NCBI GenBank assembly: GCA_021808365.1
Contig: JAKBBU010000001.1
Span: 30,615-94,614 of the forward strand
Length of the DNA stretch: 64,000 bases
Reading direction: 5' to 3'
DNA from: Pseudomonadota bacterium
Lineage (GTDB): Bacteria > Pseudomonadota > Gammaproteobacteria > JAKBBU01
Under the pieces are notes generated by a model, which worked only from the letters and a program-made list of their open reading frames with translations, was not told the origin of the DNA and searched no databases. The position numbers and the translations under genes were made by a program. Below are positions 18,336-28,753 of the stretch, piece after piece (position 1 is the first letter of the stretch; each line of letters begins with the position of its first letter).

Positions 18336-19277
18336 ATGTCAAAACGTACAAAATGGATCATCGTGCTCCTCGTCATCATCGGGCTGATTATTGGGATGAG
18401 TATTTATCATGAAGTAGGTAAAACAAAACCTGCACCCCAAATTCCACCCACCGTCGTTGATGCTTCAACCTCGCAAGCACAAAATTGGAATTTACGGATC
18501 CCTGCCACAGGTATTTTGGAAGGTAGCCCCGGTGTTACCTTACAATCTACGGTCACTCAAGGCGGCGTTGTTACCGGTATTTTTTTCCGTTCTGGTCAAT
18601 ATGTTAAAGTTGGTCAACCCCTTTTTCAAATTAATCCTGGCGATAATCGTACGATCATCGCAGCCCCTTTTTCAGGCCGTGTTGGTTTGAAATTAGTTGA
18701 GCTGGGCAGTTATGTCATGCAAGGTACGAAATTAGTGACGATCCAAAGTTACACGCCCATCAAAGTCGATTTTACAATTCCGCAATCTTATTTGGCCAAT
18801 GTCGCCATCGGCGATACTGCTCTCGTGAATGTGAGTACCTACCCTGGTCAATCATTTACTGCACAGGTTTATGCCATCAATGCTTCATTGGATCCTGATT
18901 CACGCACCATTGAAATGTGGGCCAGCTTGCCCAATCAAGCGCAAAAACTATTACCCGGCATGTTTGTTGAAGTGACTTTGATTGTTGCACAACAAGTTCC
19001 AGTTGTCGTTGTTCCAAAATCAGCTGTAGTCCATTCAGATGCGGGTGACTATGTTTTTGTCCTCAACAACGGTATTGCACATAAAACGGATGTCGTTGTT
19101 GCTATGACCGTTGATAATCAAGTGGGTCTTTCAAAAGGCTTAAAGGGCAATGAACAAGTTGCCTCAAGCAATGCGATGGCTCTTGATGATGGTTGGCCGG
19201 TGATCGTTACTGGGACGCCGCAATATCAACAATATGAAGCTGCACAGGCGAAAACGTCCACTGTTGGCCCATCTTGA
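18336..19277 (+). CDS. RND efflux periplasmic adaptor (membrane fusion protein), copy 2, paralog of 14018-15058
   Basis: N-terminal anchor and the nearly identical hairpin motif TGIFFRSGQYVKVGQPLFQINPG; the C-terminal domain is also conserved (GTPQYQQ). Confidence 0.75.
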   Translation: MSKRTKWIIVLLVIIGLIIGMSIYHEVGKTKPAPQIPPTVVDASTSQAQNWNLRIPATGILEGSPGVTLQSTVTQGGVVTGIFFRSGQYVKVGQPLFQINPGDNRTIIAAPFSGRVGLKLVELGSYVMQGTKLVTIQSYTPIKVDFTIPQSYLANVAIGDTALVNVSTYPGQSFTAQVYAINASLDPDSRTIEMWASLPNQAQKLLPGMFVEVTLIVAQQVPVVVVPKSAVVHSDAGDYVFVLNNGIAHKTDVVVAMTVDNQVGLSKGLKGNEQVASSNAMALDDGWPVIVTGTPQYQQYEAAQAKTSTVGPS

Positions 19278-19289
19278 TAACGAACGTCC

Positions 19290-19356
19290 GTCATCCCGGA
19301 ATTTAGTCGTTCTTGCATGTACTCACGCTTAGAACGACTAAATTCCGGGATGACGG
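19290..19356. repeat. Family-C palindromic repeat (GTCATCCCGGAATTTAGTCGTTCT...AGAACGACTAAATTCCGGGATGAC)
   Basis: Long inverted repeat. A second full copy lies at 56146-56200. Partial copies are at 950-975, 7864-7880, 25801-25822 and 56286-56302, and a variant at 27313-27355. Confidence 0.8.
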
Positions 19357-19374
19357 GTACTATTTGGATCTGTC

Positions 19375-20202
19375 ATGAATGATTTGATTTCTACAATCGA
19401 AGCTGCTTATGCTCAACGTGAATCGTTGAGGGCTGATGATTTTGATCCTATACTCAAAACGGCTATTTTAACGGCTATTTCCCTACTCAACACAGGTAAA
19501 GCACGTGTGGCTGAAAAAAACCATACCGGTTGGATCGTGAATGAATGGCTGAAAAAAGCGGTGCTTTTATATTTTCGAATGCAACCTAATCAAATGCACG
19601 ATGGAGCACATCCGCCTTTTTACGATAAAGTTCCAATGAAATTTGCTGGAATGAGCGAAGCGAATTTACAAGAAAGCGGTGTTCGCATTGTTCCACCTGC
19701 CAGTATTCGTTATGGTGCCTATGTTGCGCCTAATACAGTTGTCATGCCCTCCTTCATTAATATCGGTGCCTATGTGGATACAGGCACGATGATCGACACT
19801 TGGGCCACTGTGGGTTCCTGCGCGCAAATTGGTAAGAATGTTCATCTGTCGGGTGGTGTTGGCATTGGTGGTGTGCTCGAACCTTTACAAGCCCGCCCGA
19901 CGATCATTGAAGACAATTGTTTTATTGGCGCACGCTCTGAAGTGGCTGAAGGTGTGATCGTCGAAGCGGGTTCTGTTTTATCCATGGGTGTTTATTTAGG
20001 GCAAAGCACACCCATTTATAATCGTCTCACGGGTGAAACGATCTATGGCCGCGTCCCCGCTGGGAGCGTGGTCGTGCCCGGCACACGCCCTTCACAGACT
20101 GGAGAATGTGCCCTGTATTGCGCAGTAATCGTGAAACAAGTTGATGCGCAAACGCGGGCAAAGACAAGCTTGAATGATTTGTTGAGGCTTGATAATAAAT
20201 AA
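19375..20202 (+). CDS. dapD: 2,3,4,5-tetrahydropyridine-2,6-dicarboxylate N-succinyltransferase
   Basis: Near-identity to E. coli DapD over long stretches ([53 protein letters not shown]). Confidence 0.9.
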   Translation: MNDLISTIEAAYAQRESLRADDFDPILKTAILTAISLLNTGKARVAEKNHTGWIVNEWLKKAVLLYFRMQPNQMHDGAHPPFYDKVPMKFAGMSEANLQESGVRIVPPASIRYGAYVAPNTVVMPSFINIGAYVDTGTMIDTWATVGSCAQIGKNVHLSGGVGIGGVLEPLQARPTIIEDNCFIGARSEVAEGVIVEAGSVLSMGVYLGQSTPIYNRLTGETIYGRVPAGSVVVPGTRPSQTGECALYCAVIVKQVDAQTRAKTSLNDLLRLDNK

Positions 20203-20260
20203 AGTCTCATCGGGTTTATTATCAAAGTTAAAAAAGCAGCATACACTACTTGTACTTATT

Positions 20261-21112
20261 CTATAATAATCCTTTTAATATGGCTACTGCCAAATTCACC
20301 GTTTTAGCACCTCTATCCAAGCTTGGATTTAACTCCACAATTTCAGCGCCCAAAAATTTAGTGTTATTTCTAATCAAGGGCAAAGTCTCTAAAAAATCAG
20401 CAGATCTTATACCATCGGCTTCTGGTACACCCACACCTGGTGCATCAATTGGATCAATCCCATCGAGATCAATACTGATCCCAAAACCCACCGTTTTTTT
20501 AGTTACTAAATCAATGGCTTCATTTAATACTACTTCAAGCCCGCGCGAATTGACTTCATCCATATGATAAATACGAATGTTCAAGCGCTTTAATAATTCA
20601 TGTTCTTCAGGTTCAAAACTTCGCGCACCAATCAACGCCACATTTTGCGGCAATAATTTTGGAGTTTTACTTAAAATAGTCGTTAATGCGGGATCACCCT
20701 CACCGAGTAAGGCGGCCAACGGCATACCGTGAATATTCTGACTCGGTGTGGTATGAAACGTATGACTATCCATGTGAGCATCAAACCAAATTAAACCAAT
20801 CGGGCCTTCTTGTTGTTTCGCAAATGAAACACCGCTCCAAGTTCCAATCGCACAACTGTGATCGCCGCCGAGAGTTAATACTTTTTCGTGGGCCCGCACT
20901 GTTTGTGCAGATAATTCTGCCAACCGCGTACACATTCTTACCACGTCAGGTAGCGCTTGCGCACCCCTCAGTGAAATTTGAGGTTGAAGGGGAGGATACC
21001 AAAGTGCTTTCCCTGTTAAATTGCAGGAGGACTGAATCGCCCAAGGGCCTTCTGCAGAACCTGCTTTATTACCCGCTAAATCGCTGGCATAACTTAGAAT
21101 GTGAACCGTCAT
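20261..21112 (-). CDS. Arginase-family ureohydrolase (arginase/agmatinase)
   Basis: The Mn-binding motifs GGDHS, DAHMDSH and SIDLDGIDP are present. Arginase-like length (283 aa). Confidence 0.75.
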   Translation of the reverse strand: MTVHILSYASDLAGNKAGSAEGPWAIQSSCNLTGKALWYPPLQPQISLRGAQALPDVVRMCTRLAELSAQTVRAHEKVLTLGGDHSCAIGTWSGVSFAKQQEGPIGLIWFDAHMDSHTFHTTPSQNIHGMPLAALLGEGDPALTTILSKTPKLLPQNVALIGARSFEPEEHELLKRLNIRIYHMDEVNSRGLEVVLNEAIDLVTKKTVGFGISIDLDGIDPIDAPGVGVPEADGIRSADFLETLPLIRNNTKFLGAEIVELNPSLDRGAKTVNLAVAILKGLL

Positions 21113-21192
21113 AGAACCTCCGTAAATACTCTTTTGTTTTCAGGCTCGTATGTATATTATATCTTTGTAATCCATAAGATCAAAGGCAAACC

Positions 21193-22323
21193 ATGAGTAA
21201 TCCTCTTGAACTCACCCAACAACTGGTTTCTCGCCTCTCTATCACACCCGAAGATGATGGCTGCCAAAAACTCATCGCAGACCGACTTTCACGTATTGGT
21301 TTTCACATCGAACACCTTCCTCGCCAAGATGTCGACAACCTCTATGCCCGGCATGGACATCGAGGTCCACTCCTTCTCTTTGTTGGACACACCGACGTTG
21401 TTCCTTCAGGACCCCGTGAACACTGGCACAGCGATCCTTTTATCCCTACTATTCGCAATGGTCATCTCTACGGTCGTGGCGTGGCCGATATGAAGGGCAG
21501 TCTTGCTGCAATGGTTATTGCCTGTGAACGCTTTTTTAAACAACACCCACATGTCGCTGGATCCGTAGCCTTCTTAATCACCAGCGATGAAGAAGGTCCC
21601 GCTCTTCACGGCACACGTGACATCGTCAAGCATCTACAAAGCCGCGGTGAACAAATCAACTATTGCATCGTTGGAGAACCCAGTTGCGAAACTGTTTTAG
21701 GCGACACAATCAAAGTCGGGCGTCGTGGCTCACTTTCCGGTATGTTAACCATCCAAGGTCAACAGGGTCATATTGCCTATCCTCATCGTGCTGATAATCC
21801 CATTCACCGATTTGCGCCCGTATTACAAGAATTATGCGCAATGTCTTGGGATTCTGGTAATGCTGATTTTCCACCGACCTCTTTTCAAATTTCAACGATT
21901 CAAGCAGGGATTGGATCAACCAACACCATACCAGGCCAACTCGATGTTAAATTCAACTTTCGGTTTTCAAATGTTTTCACGGTGAATGCGCTCAAGGAAC
22001 GTGTCATCGCTGTTTTAAATGAACATCGCCTGCAATACAAAATGACTTGGCAACATTCCGGCGATCCCTTTTTAACACCGGATGGCCCTTTTCGACAAAT
22101 TGCTCGTCAAGCCGTCAATGAAATCACGGGCATTACGCCTGTTTATTCAACCAGTGGCGGCACTTCGGATGGTCGTTTTATCGCACAAACTGGGGCCCAA
22201 GTCATCGAATTTGGATTGTGTAATCCGACGATCCATCAAGTCAATGAATGTGTTAAAGTGAACGATTTAGAGCAACTCGCTAAGATTTATGAGCGGATGA
22301 TGGTATTGTTATTAACGGGTTAA
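21193..22323 (+). CDS. dapE: Succinyl-diaminopimelate desuccinylase
   Basis: M20 peptidase fold with HTDVVP and GRG(x)DMKG motifs. The length and N-terminus match DapE. Confidence 0.9.
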   Translation: MSNPLELTQQLVSRLSITPEDDGCQKLIADRLSRIGFHIEHLPRQDVDNLYARHGHRGPLLLFVGHTDVVPSGPREHWHSDPFIPTIRNGHLYGRGVADMKGSLAAMVIACERFFKQHPHVAGSVAFLITSDEEGPALHGTRDIVKHLQSRGEQINYCIVGEPSCETVLGDTIKVGRRGSLSGMLTIQGQQGHIAYPHRADNPIHRFAPVLQELCAMSWDSGNADFPPTSFQISTIQAGIGSTNTIPGQLDVKFNFRFSNVFTVNALKERVIAVLNEHRLQYKMTWQHSGDPFLTPDGPFRQIARQAVNEITGITPVYSTSGGTSDGRFIAQTGAQVIEFGLCNPTIHQVNECVKVNDLEQLAKIYERMMVLLLTG

Positions 22324-22336
22324 ACGGGAATCAAAC

Positions 22337-22726
22337 ATGAAAAAACAAATCATTCATACCGAAAACGCACCCCGTGCGATCGGTATTTATTCACAAGCTG
22401 TGCGTGCAGGCGACTTTCTCTACATTTCTGGCCAAATTCCCTTTGTACCTGAAACCATGGTGCTGGTCGAAGGTGGGATCCGAGAACAAGTTATTCAAGT
22501 CTTTAAAAATTTAGAAGCCATTGCGCAAGCAGCTGGAACTGATCTCGCTCATGCCATTAAATTAACGATTTATTTAACCGACCTTGGCGATTTTCCCATC
22601 ATCAATGAAGTCATGGCTGAATACGTACCAGAACCTTATCCTGCGCGTGTCACCATTCAAGTCTCCGCCCTACCCAAGGGTGCTGAGGTTGAAATTGATG
22701 CGATTCTTCTTTTTGATAATGGCTAA
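22337..22726 (+). CDS. ridA: RidA/YjgF-family enamine/imine deaminase
   Basis: 129 aa with the characteristic PARV..QV..LP motif near the C-terminus. Confidence 0.85.
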   Translation: MKKQIIHTENAPRAIGIYSQAVRAGDFLYISGQIPFVPETMVLVEGGIREQVIQVFKNLEAIAQAAGTDLAHAIKLTIYLTDLGDFPIINEVMAEYVPEPYPARVTIQVSALPKGAEVEIDAILLFDNG

Positions 22727-22729
22727 ACC

Positions 22730-23887
22730 GTGATTATTTTTCGTTACCTCGCTAAAGAAGTCTACCAAACCTGCCTGGCCATCTCAGGGATCCTGCTCTT
22801 CGTCATCATCTGTAACCAGATGATCGTCTACCTCACCAATGCCGCAGCAGGTAACCTTCCCGTCTTCGTCGTCTTCAAACTCATCCTCATCCAAATTCCC
22901 CTCTTCCTCACCATCTTACTCCCGCTCGGCTTCTTCCTCAGTATTCTTCTTGCCTACGGTCGCATGTACGTCGAAAGTGAAATGATCGCTCTTGGCGCTT
23001 GCGGATTCGGTAACATTCGCCTTGTTATTTCAACGCTTCTTCTTTCCATTTTCATCGTGCTTATCGTCACCTATCTTGCTTTTATCTCTGATCCCAAAGT
23101 CACGGCCTATCAATATCAACTCCAAGCTAAAATGGGCTTAACAACGGTCGTACAAACTCTCATGCCTGGTCGGTTTCGAGCACTCGATGGCGATAAATAC
23201 GTCATCTATGTGGGCGGAATGTCACGTGATCGCAAGACAATGAGTGATATTTTCATTGCTAATCGGCACAACACACACCAAGCTTCTGCCGATCAAGCGC
23301 AAGACTTCAATGTGCTCACCGCAAAATCTGGCGATTTTTACATCGATCCTAAAAATGGCGCAGAATTTATTGTCTGTCATGATGGTTATTACTATAGTGG
23401 CACGCCAGGTACTAAAAATTACCAAATTGTTAAATTTACGCAGGTGGCTTATTGGTTACAAAATAAAATCACCTCGATTTCAACCAAGGCCGCCGCCGTT
23501 TCAACAAGCACACTCGTTAAAAATTTAAAAAATAATGCCAACTATCAAGCTGAATTACAAAAACGGATCTCCATGCCGCTGATGATCCCCATTGTCACTC
23601 TACTGGCAATTCCTTTGAGTCGCGTACGACCAAGACAAGGTAAATTTGCACGTATTGTTCCTGCTATTTTGCTTTACATCCTCTATGCAAATACCATTTT
23701 AGTGGCCCAAAAATGGGTGCAAAATGGGCAAATCCCCCTGACTCTCGGTCTCTGGTGGATCCATGCAGGTATGTTGCTCATTGCTGCTTGGTTTTTAATT
23801 GATCTGTATGGGTGGCCAAAGGCAATTGATAAACTTTATTTTTGGCGAAAATCCTTCTCGCGTCATCCTGGGATCGAGGAAATATAA
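22730..23887 (+). CDS. lptF: LPS export ABC permease LptF
   Basis: The YjgP/YjgQ-family N-terminus MIIFRYLAKEV matches LptF, with 6 transmembrane segments and a periplasmic beta-jellyroll region. Confidence 0.8.
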   Translation: MIIFRYLAKEVYQTCLAISGILLFVIICNQMIVYLTNAAAGNLPVFVVFKLILIQIPLFLTILLPLGFFLSILLAYGRMYVESEMIALGACGFGNIRLVISTLLLSIFIVLIVTYLAFISDPKVTAYQYQLQAKMGLTTVVQTLMPGRFRALDGDKYVIYVGGMSRDRKTMSDIFIANRHNTHQASADQAQDFNVLTAKSGDFYIDPKNGAEFIVCHDGYYYSGTPGTKNYQIVKFTQVAYWLQNKITSISTKAAAVSTSTLVKNLKNNANYQAELQKRISMPLMIPIVTLLAIPLSRVRPRQGKFARIVPAILLYILYANTILVAQKWVQNGQIPLTLGLWWIHAGMLLIAAWFLIDLYGWPKAIDKLYFWRKSFSRHPGIEEI

Positions 23888-23903
23888 AAGTGATTTCTTC
23901 ATT

Positions 23904-24968
23904 ATGAAACAATTAACCCGCTACATCGGCATACACATCATAGCAGCTACTTTAATTGTCGCACTCTTGGTCGTCGGGCTTGTCTTTTTATTCACCTTGG
24001 TGGGTGAATTAGGTAGCCTCGGTCATGGCGATTACAATTTATGGCAAGCTATCCAATATATTTTGCTCGCAGCCCCCCTTCAATTTTACCAACTCTATCC
24101 CATGGTCAGCCTCGTTGGCAGCTTAATGGCACTTGGCATGTTAGCTTCGCGTAGCGAATTGACGGTCATGCGCGCAGCGGGTTATTCGATCGCACAAATC
24201 ACGCACGATGTTTTACTTTCGGGAACCTTACTCTTAGTATTGATCACGGCATTGGGTGAATTATGGGTGCCTACTGCCCTTCAAACAGCACACACGGAAA
24301 AAATTAGGGCCATCAATGGTGAATCAGCGCTTCATACCGAAAGTGGCATTTGGATGCGTGATCGAAGTAATTTTTTACATATTCAAACCGTTTACCCGGA
24401 TCGTCATTTAGCCGGATTAACTCGTTATCAATTTAATGATCAAGGTCAATTGATTGCTGTCAGCCATATTGACGAAGCACGTTATGCGCATAAAGAATGG
24501 ACCTTGAAAGGAATTACAAAAACAGTGATGGACCCCAATGGTATTCGTGTAGAAACAACAGCAACCCAGCAGGCTGACTTTAATCTTTATCCTGATTTAT
24601 TTGCTGAAACGCAGGTAGATTCAACAACACTTTCCCTTTCTAAATTGTGGGAATATGTAGTCTTTCAAAAGAAAAGCCATCAACCTGCAGCCAGTGATGC
24701 CTACACCTTTTGGCGGCGCATTTTACAGCCTTTTTCAACCTTAGTGATGATGTTTTTAGCCGTGCCCTTTGTGTTTGGATCCTTGCGTTCTGTGACGATT
24801 GGCTTACGTATGGTCTGTGGGATGGTGCTTGGCGGTTCATTTTATTTACTCAATCAATTCCTTGGCCCCTTGAGCCTGGTTTATCAAGTGCCCGCTTGGA
24901 TTGCCGCAAGTATTCCGACGGTCTTGTTTATTATTATCGGTGCTTTTTTAATGCGGCAGGTGAGATAA
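23904..24968 (+). CDS. lptG: LPS export ABC permease LptG
   Basis: YjgP/YjgQ paralog immediately downstream of lptF. The start is placed at MKQLTRYIG; the longer six-frame ORF overlaps the lptF 3' end. Confidence 0.8.
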   Translation: MKQLTRYIGIHIIAATLIVALLVVGLVFLFTLVGELGSLGHGDYNLWQAIQYILLAAPLQFYQLYPMVSLVGSLMALGMLASRSELTVMRAAGYSIAQITHDVLLSGTLLLVLITALGELWVPTALQTAHTEKIRAINGESALHTESGIWMRDRSNFLHIQTVYPDRHLAGLTRYQFNDQGQLIAVSHIDEARYAHKEWTLKGITKTVMDPNGIRVETTATQQADFNLYPDLFAETQVDSTTLSLSKLWEYVVFQKKSHQPAASDAYTFWRRILQPFSTLVMMFLAVPFVFGSLRSVTIGLRMVCGMVLGGSFYLLNQFLGPLSLVYQVPAWIAASIPTVLFIIIGAFLMRQVR

Positions 24969-25766
24969 GAAAAAAGGCAACCTTGCCTCGAAGCGCAAAT
25001 CAAACTTTGCATCATAATGCACTTGCACTAAATACAAACCATTGGGAGAAGCGGTTTTACCCGCAGCTCTACGATCACGCTGTTTTAAAACTTCATAAGC
25101 CCAATGGGGATCACGTTCACCATACCCAATGGGTAACAAGACCCCTGCAATATTTCTTACCATATGATGCAAAAATGCGTTGGCTTGAATATCCATGATC
25201 ACTAGATCACCTTGGCGCTGTATGCGAATAAAATCAATGGATCGGAAGGGACTCAAGGATTGACAAGCTGCAGAACGAAACGATGAAAAATCATGTTCAC
25301 CCACTAAACATTGTGCTGCCTCATGCATGCGTGATTCATCAAGGGGACGGTGTTCAAAGGTAATCTCTTGGCGATATAAAGCAGGATGAATGGATTGGTT
25401 TAAAATCATATAGACATAACGCCGTGCTCGCGCAGAAAATCGCGCATGAAAATCATCGGGCATTTCTTTAACCCACTGCACTCGTATATGCGGAGGCAAA
25501 TAGACATTGGTTCCAAATACCCAAGCTTTTAGATCACGCTGCGCGCTTGAAATAAAATGAACCACTTGTTGCGTGGCATGAACACCTGCATCGGTTCGAC
25601 CTGCACAAAAAATGTCGATGGGATGATCCGCAATGCGAGAGAGCGCTTTTTCTAATTCACCTTGTAGCGTTAAAAAGCCAGGTTGTTTTTGCCAACCGGA
25701 ATAGGTGGCGCCGTTGTATTCGATTCCGAGGGCGAGTTTCATTTTTGTTTTATTGTCATTATCCAT
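24948..25766 (-). CDS. truA: tRNA pseudouridine(38-40) synthase
   Basis: TruA motifs are present (KLALGIEYNGATYSGWQKQ, catalytic GRTDAGVHA). The true start may be the internal MKLAL codon at about 25742. Confidence 0.85.
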   Translation of the reverse strand: MDNDNKTKMKLALGIEYNGATYSGWQKQPGFLTLQGELEKALSRIADHPIDIFCAGRTDAGVHATQQVVHFISSAQRDLKAWVFGTNVYLPPHIRVQWVKEMPDDFHARFSARARRYVYMILNQSIHPALYRQEITFEHRPLDESRMHEAAQCLVGEHDFSSFRSAACQSLSPFRSIDFIRIQRQGDLVIMDIQANAFLHHMVRNIAGVLLPIGYGERDPHWAYEVLKQRDRRAAGKTASPNGLYLVQVHYDAKFDLRFEARLPFFLSHLPH

Positions 25767-25792
25767 AGATTTAAAATATACCTCATAAATTA

Positions 25793-27265
25793 TTATTTCC
25801 CCGTCATCCTGGGATTTATAGGAGCCGTTTTTCCCGCGAGCGAAGATGACTCATCTTTTTCTTTGGGAGCATCCTCAGCCAACTCCAGCGGTGCAAGCTT
25901 TAAACCGGACTCAGGTTGTTTAGGTGATTCAACAGGTTTCACGGGTGCAGGCGAGGCAGGAGGTGCAAATTCACTTTCATGTTTTTTGACCTGTGTAGGC
26001 CATTTTACTTCATGTCGAGCTAAGATACGTTCCCATAAATTTGAATCTAATACTTTTATTTGTTCGCGATATTCTTGCATCGCATTTTGATAAGCGACCT
26101 GATTTGGCATTAAAGTATAGAGCTCAAATAATTTATCTAATAATTCAATACGCTGAGGTGTTTTAGCCAATGCGGCCAGTAAAACAGACTCGGCTGGTTT
26201 ATAACGTTCATAGGCAATATAAACCTCAGCCTCTTCAAGAGGATCAGCCACAACAGGTTCACTCACTATTTCCATAGGTGAAGGAGGTGCATCATTGACT
26301 TGCTTTGTAGATTTAAATGTAGGTAATTCAATCGCTAGTGAAGAAAAATCGTTTACTTTTGTCTGAGCAAAATGATGTTCTTTTCGCCACCGTAAATAAA
26401 AAATAACGGCACCCGCAAGACAAGCTAAGGCCAATAGCATTAATAGAATTGGAAATGAATGTCTTGATTGAGAAGGTGATAAATTTTTCAACGGTGATGC
26501 TGACAATTGCGTAGCTGAGAGCGTTTGTATGTTGACGGCAGGTGTCACCACCGGCTTTACCGTCGCCAATGGTGTAGGTTGTATTTGAATCAACTCTTGG
26601 CGCAATTCATTAATTTGATTCTCTTGCTGTTGAATAATCCCCTGCAAATTTTGGTTTTGTTGCTGAATTTGTTGGAGTTGATAAACTAAAATGCTGTTTG
26701 ACTGTTTTAAGGCTTGATTGATAAATACTTCCGGTATTGATGACAGTGTATCTTGATTCGCCGTAGGCCCATAAACCTCCGCATAAGTACCCGGAGGAAC
26801 AGGTGTCTGATTGGCAAGAATAGCCGATTGAACTACTGCTTGGGCCGAGCGAGGTTGCGTTTTTAATTCGGGCGGATCGAGCAAAACAGTATATTGCTGA
26901 TTTAAAAAACCATTAGGCCACGAAAAAGAAAGAATGAAATTAAGATAGGGATCATGAACCGGATCCAATGTGTAAATATGCAATACTGACATCCCTTCAC
27001 GATTATTTCCCACTTTAAATTGAAGGTTAGAGACTGAATCGTTGTAACGAATATGGTTCATATCATAAGCCTCTTTCGAAGCGAGCCCCACCTTAATGTT
27101 ATCCAGCGAGGTTGAACCTAATGATCGTAAAGGAACTTCTGCATCAAGCGGTTGATCAAGATAAGAGTGCACTTTGATTGGCCCCAACGCTAAGGCCCAG
27201 AGCAAGGTTGGCCAAAGCAAGGCAGAAAAGAAACAAAGTAATAAAATTAAAAAAACCTTGCGCAA
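25793..27265 (-). CDS. FimV/HubP-like pilus-assembly / polar-landmark protein
   Basis: The N-terminal FimV signature (LGPIKVHSYLDQPLDAEVPL...IKVGLASKEAY) is followed by a Pro/Thr-rich linker, a coiled coil (QQQNQNLQGIIQQQENQINELRQ), a transmembrane helix and a C-terminal TPR-like FimV domain. The truA-fimV adjacency is as in Pseudomonas. Confidence 0.6.
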   Translation of the reverse strand: MRKVFLILLLCFFSALLWPTLLWALALGPIKVHSYLDQPLDAEVPLRSLGSTSLDNIKVGLASKEAYDMNHIRYNDSVSNLQFKVGNNREGMSVLHIYTLDPVHDPYLNFILSFSWPNGFLNQQYTVLLDPPELKTQPRSAQAVVQSAILANQTPVPPGTYAEVYGPTANQDTLSSIPEVFINQALKQSNSILVYQLQQIQQQNQNLQGIIQQQENQINELRQELIQIQPTPLATVKPVVTPAVNIQTLSATQLSASPLKNLSPSQSRHSFPILLMLLALACLAGAVIFYLRWRKEHHFAQTKVNDFSSLAIELPTFKSTKQVNDAPPSPMEIVSEPVVADPLEEAEVYIAYERYKPAESVLLAALAKTPQRIELLDKLFELYTLMPNQVAYQNAMQEYREQIKVLDSNLWERILARHEVKWPTQVKKHESEFAPPASPAPVKPVESPKQPESGLKLAPLELAEDAPKEKDESSSLAGKTAPINPRMTGK

Positions 27266-27312
27266 AGAGAACCCCGTCTTCTATGACAACAGGGTATTAT
27301 AGCTTACCCACT

Positions 27313-27355
27313 TTTCGCTGTCATCCTGAGTCGGTGCTAGCGCTTGCTCAGGATG
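27313..27355. repeat. Family-C variant palindrome (GTCATCCTGAGTCGGTGCTAGCGCTTGCTCAGGATGAC) overlapping the glmM stop
   Basis: Perfect hairpin with the same GTCATCC termini as family C. A second, similar copy lies at 10351-10400. Confidence 0.65.
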
Positions 27356-28697
27356 ACAGTCCTATCACCTTTTTTACTACATTCGCCAAATACTCAGCAG
27401 CCTCGTCCACAACAGCCCGATCTTCACCCTCCACCATTACACGCACGACAGGCTCCGTTCCTGAAGGCCGCAACAACACTCTACCCTTGCCTGCAAAATT
27501 AATCTCAGCTTCACGTGCTGCCTTCTCAATTTCTGGAAAATCACCCAACACAATCGCCTTCGAGATCGGCACATTGATCAAACGTTGTGGATATTTCTCC
27601 ATGCCTCGCTTCAACTCATACAACGATTTTCCTGTCTTACTCATCGCTGACAAAACCTGCAACCCCGAAATAATCCCATCGCCTGTGGTTGTCGAACTCA
27701 AACAAATAATATGTCCTGATGACTCTCCGCCTAATTGCCATTGATGAAGCCTCAATGCTTCCATCACATAACGATCACCCACAGCGCTACGAACAAAGTC
27801 AATACCTTGGTCTTTTAAGGCTAATTCCAGGCCCAAATTGCTCATCTGCGTACCGACAACACCACCCTGTAAACGACCTTCGGCCAAATAATTCATAGCA
27901 ATGATATAGACCAATTCATCACCATCGACAATTTCACCTCGCTGATCCACCATAATCACGCGATCGCCATCCCCATCAAAAGCAATCCCTGCATGCGCTT
28001 TCTCCAGCAAGACATGCTCCGCCAACATACTCGGATCCGTTGCACCACAATGATCATTAATGTTGCGACCATTTGGACTTACCCCAATCTCAATAACCTC
28101 CGCACCCAATTCACGAAATACCAGGGGAGCAACGTAATAATTAGCGCCATTCGCGCAATCGACCACCAACTTCATTCCCGCCAAATGCGGGCCCAAGGGC
28201 ACTGAACTTTTACAAAACTCAATATATCGCCCAGGCGTATCTAAAACCCGAGAGATTTTTCCTAATTTATCAGGCGTTACGGTTTGCAGTTCCTGATCCA
28301 TCTGAGCTTCAATATCAAGCTCAATTTCATCGGGTAATTTTCGACCCGAGCTTGAAAAAATTTTAATGCCATTATCTTGATAATGATTATGGGAGGCACT
28401 GATCACCACGCCGGCACTTGCACGAAAAGCCTGTGTTAAATATGCAATGGCGGGTGTGGGCATTGGGCCTGTTAATTGGCTCGCAACGCCTGCGGCAGAT
28501 AATCCAGAGGCCAAGGCAGTTTCCAACATATAACCTGAGCTGCGTGTATCTTTGCCAATTAAAACACGGCATTCACCCGTCCTGGCCAAGACTCGTCCCA
28601 TCGCCCAACCTAATTTGAGTACAAAATCAGGCAATATTGGAAATTGCCCTACGCGGCCACGGATCCCATCGGTTCCAAAATATTGTCGTGTTTTCAT
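27348..28697 (-). CDS. glmM: Phosphoglucosamine mutase
   Basis: The active-site motif SASHNP is present ([14 protein letters not shown]), along with the typical N-terminus [14 protein letters not shown]. Confidence 0.9.
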   Translation of the reverse strand: MKTRQYFGTDGIRGRVGQFPILPDFVLKLGWAMGRVLARTGECRVLIGKDTRSSGYMLETALASGLSAAGVASQLTGPMPTPAIAYLTQAFRASAGVVISASHNHYQDNGIKIFSSSGRKLPDEIELDIEAQMDQELQTVTPDKLGKISRVLDTPGRYIEFCKSSVPLGPHLAGMKLVVDCANGANYYVAPLVFRELGAEVIEIGVSPNGRNINDHCGATDPSMLAEHVLLEKAHAGIAFDGDGDRVIMVDQRGEIVDGDELVYIIAMNYLAEGRLQGGVVGTQMSNLGLELALKDQGIDFVRSAVGDRYVMEALRLHQWQLGGESSGHIICLSSTTTGDGIISGLQVLSAMSKTGKSLYELKRGMEKYPQRLINVPISKAIVLGDFPEIEKAAREAEINFAGKGRVLLRPSGTEPVVRVMVEGEDRAVVDEAAEYLANVVKKVIGLSS

Positions 28698-28753
28698 ATA
28701 ATTCCTTGATATACATACAGGCTAACCCAACCTGCCCCAACCTACATAAATTT

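Noticed and set aside
20250-20567. 105-aa plus-strand ORF inside the arginase gene, and similar antisense ORFs within fimV, glmM, rpsA and ubiA
   Set aside because: They lie fully antisense to strongly supported genes, have low-complexity composition and lack ribosome-binding sites.
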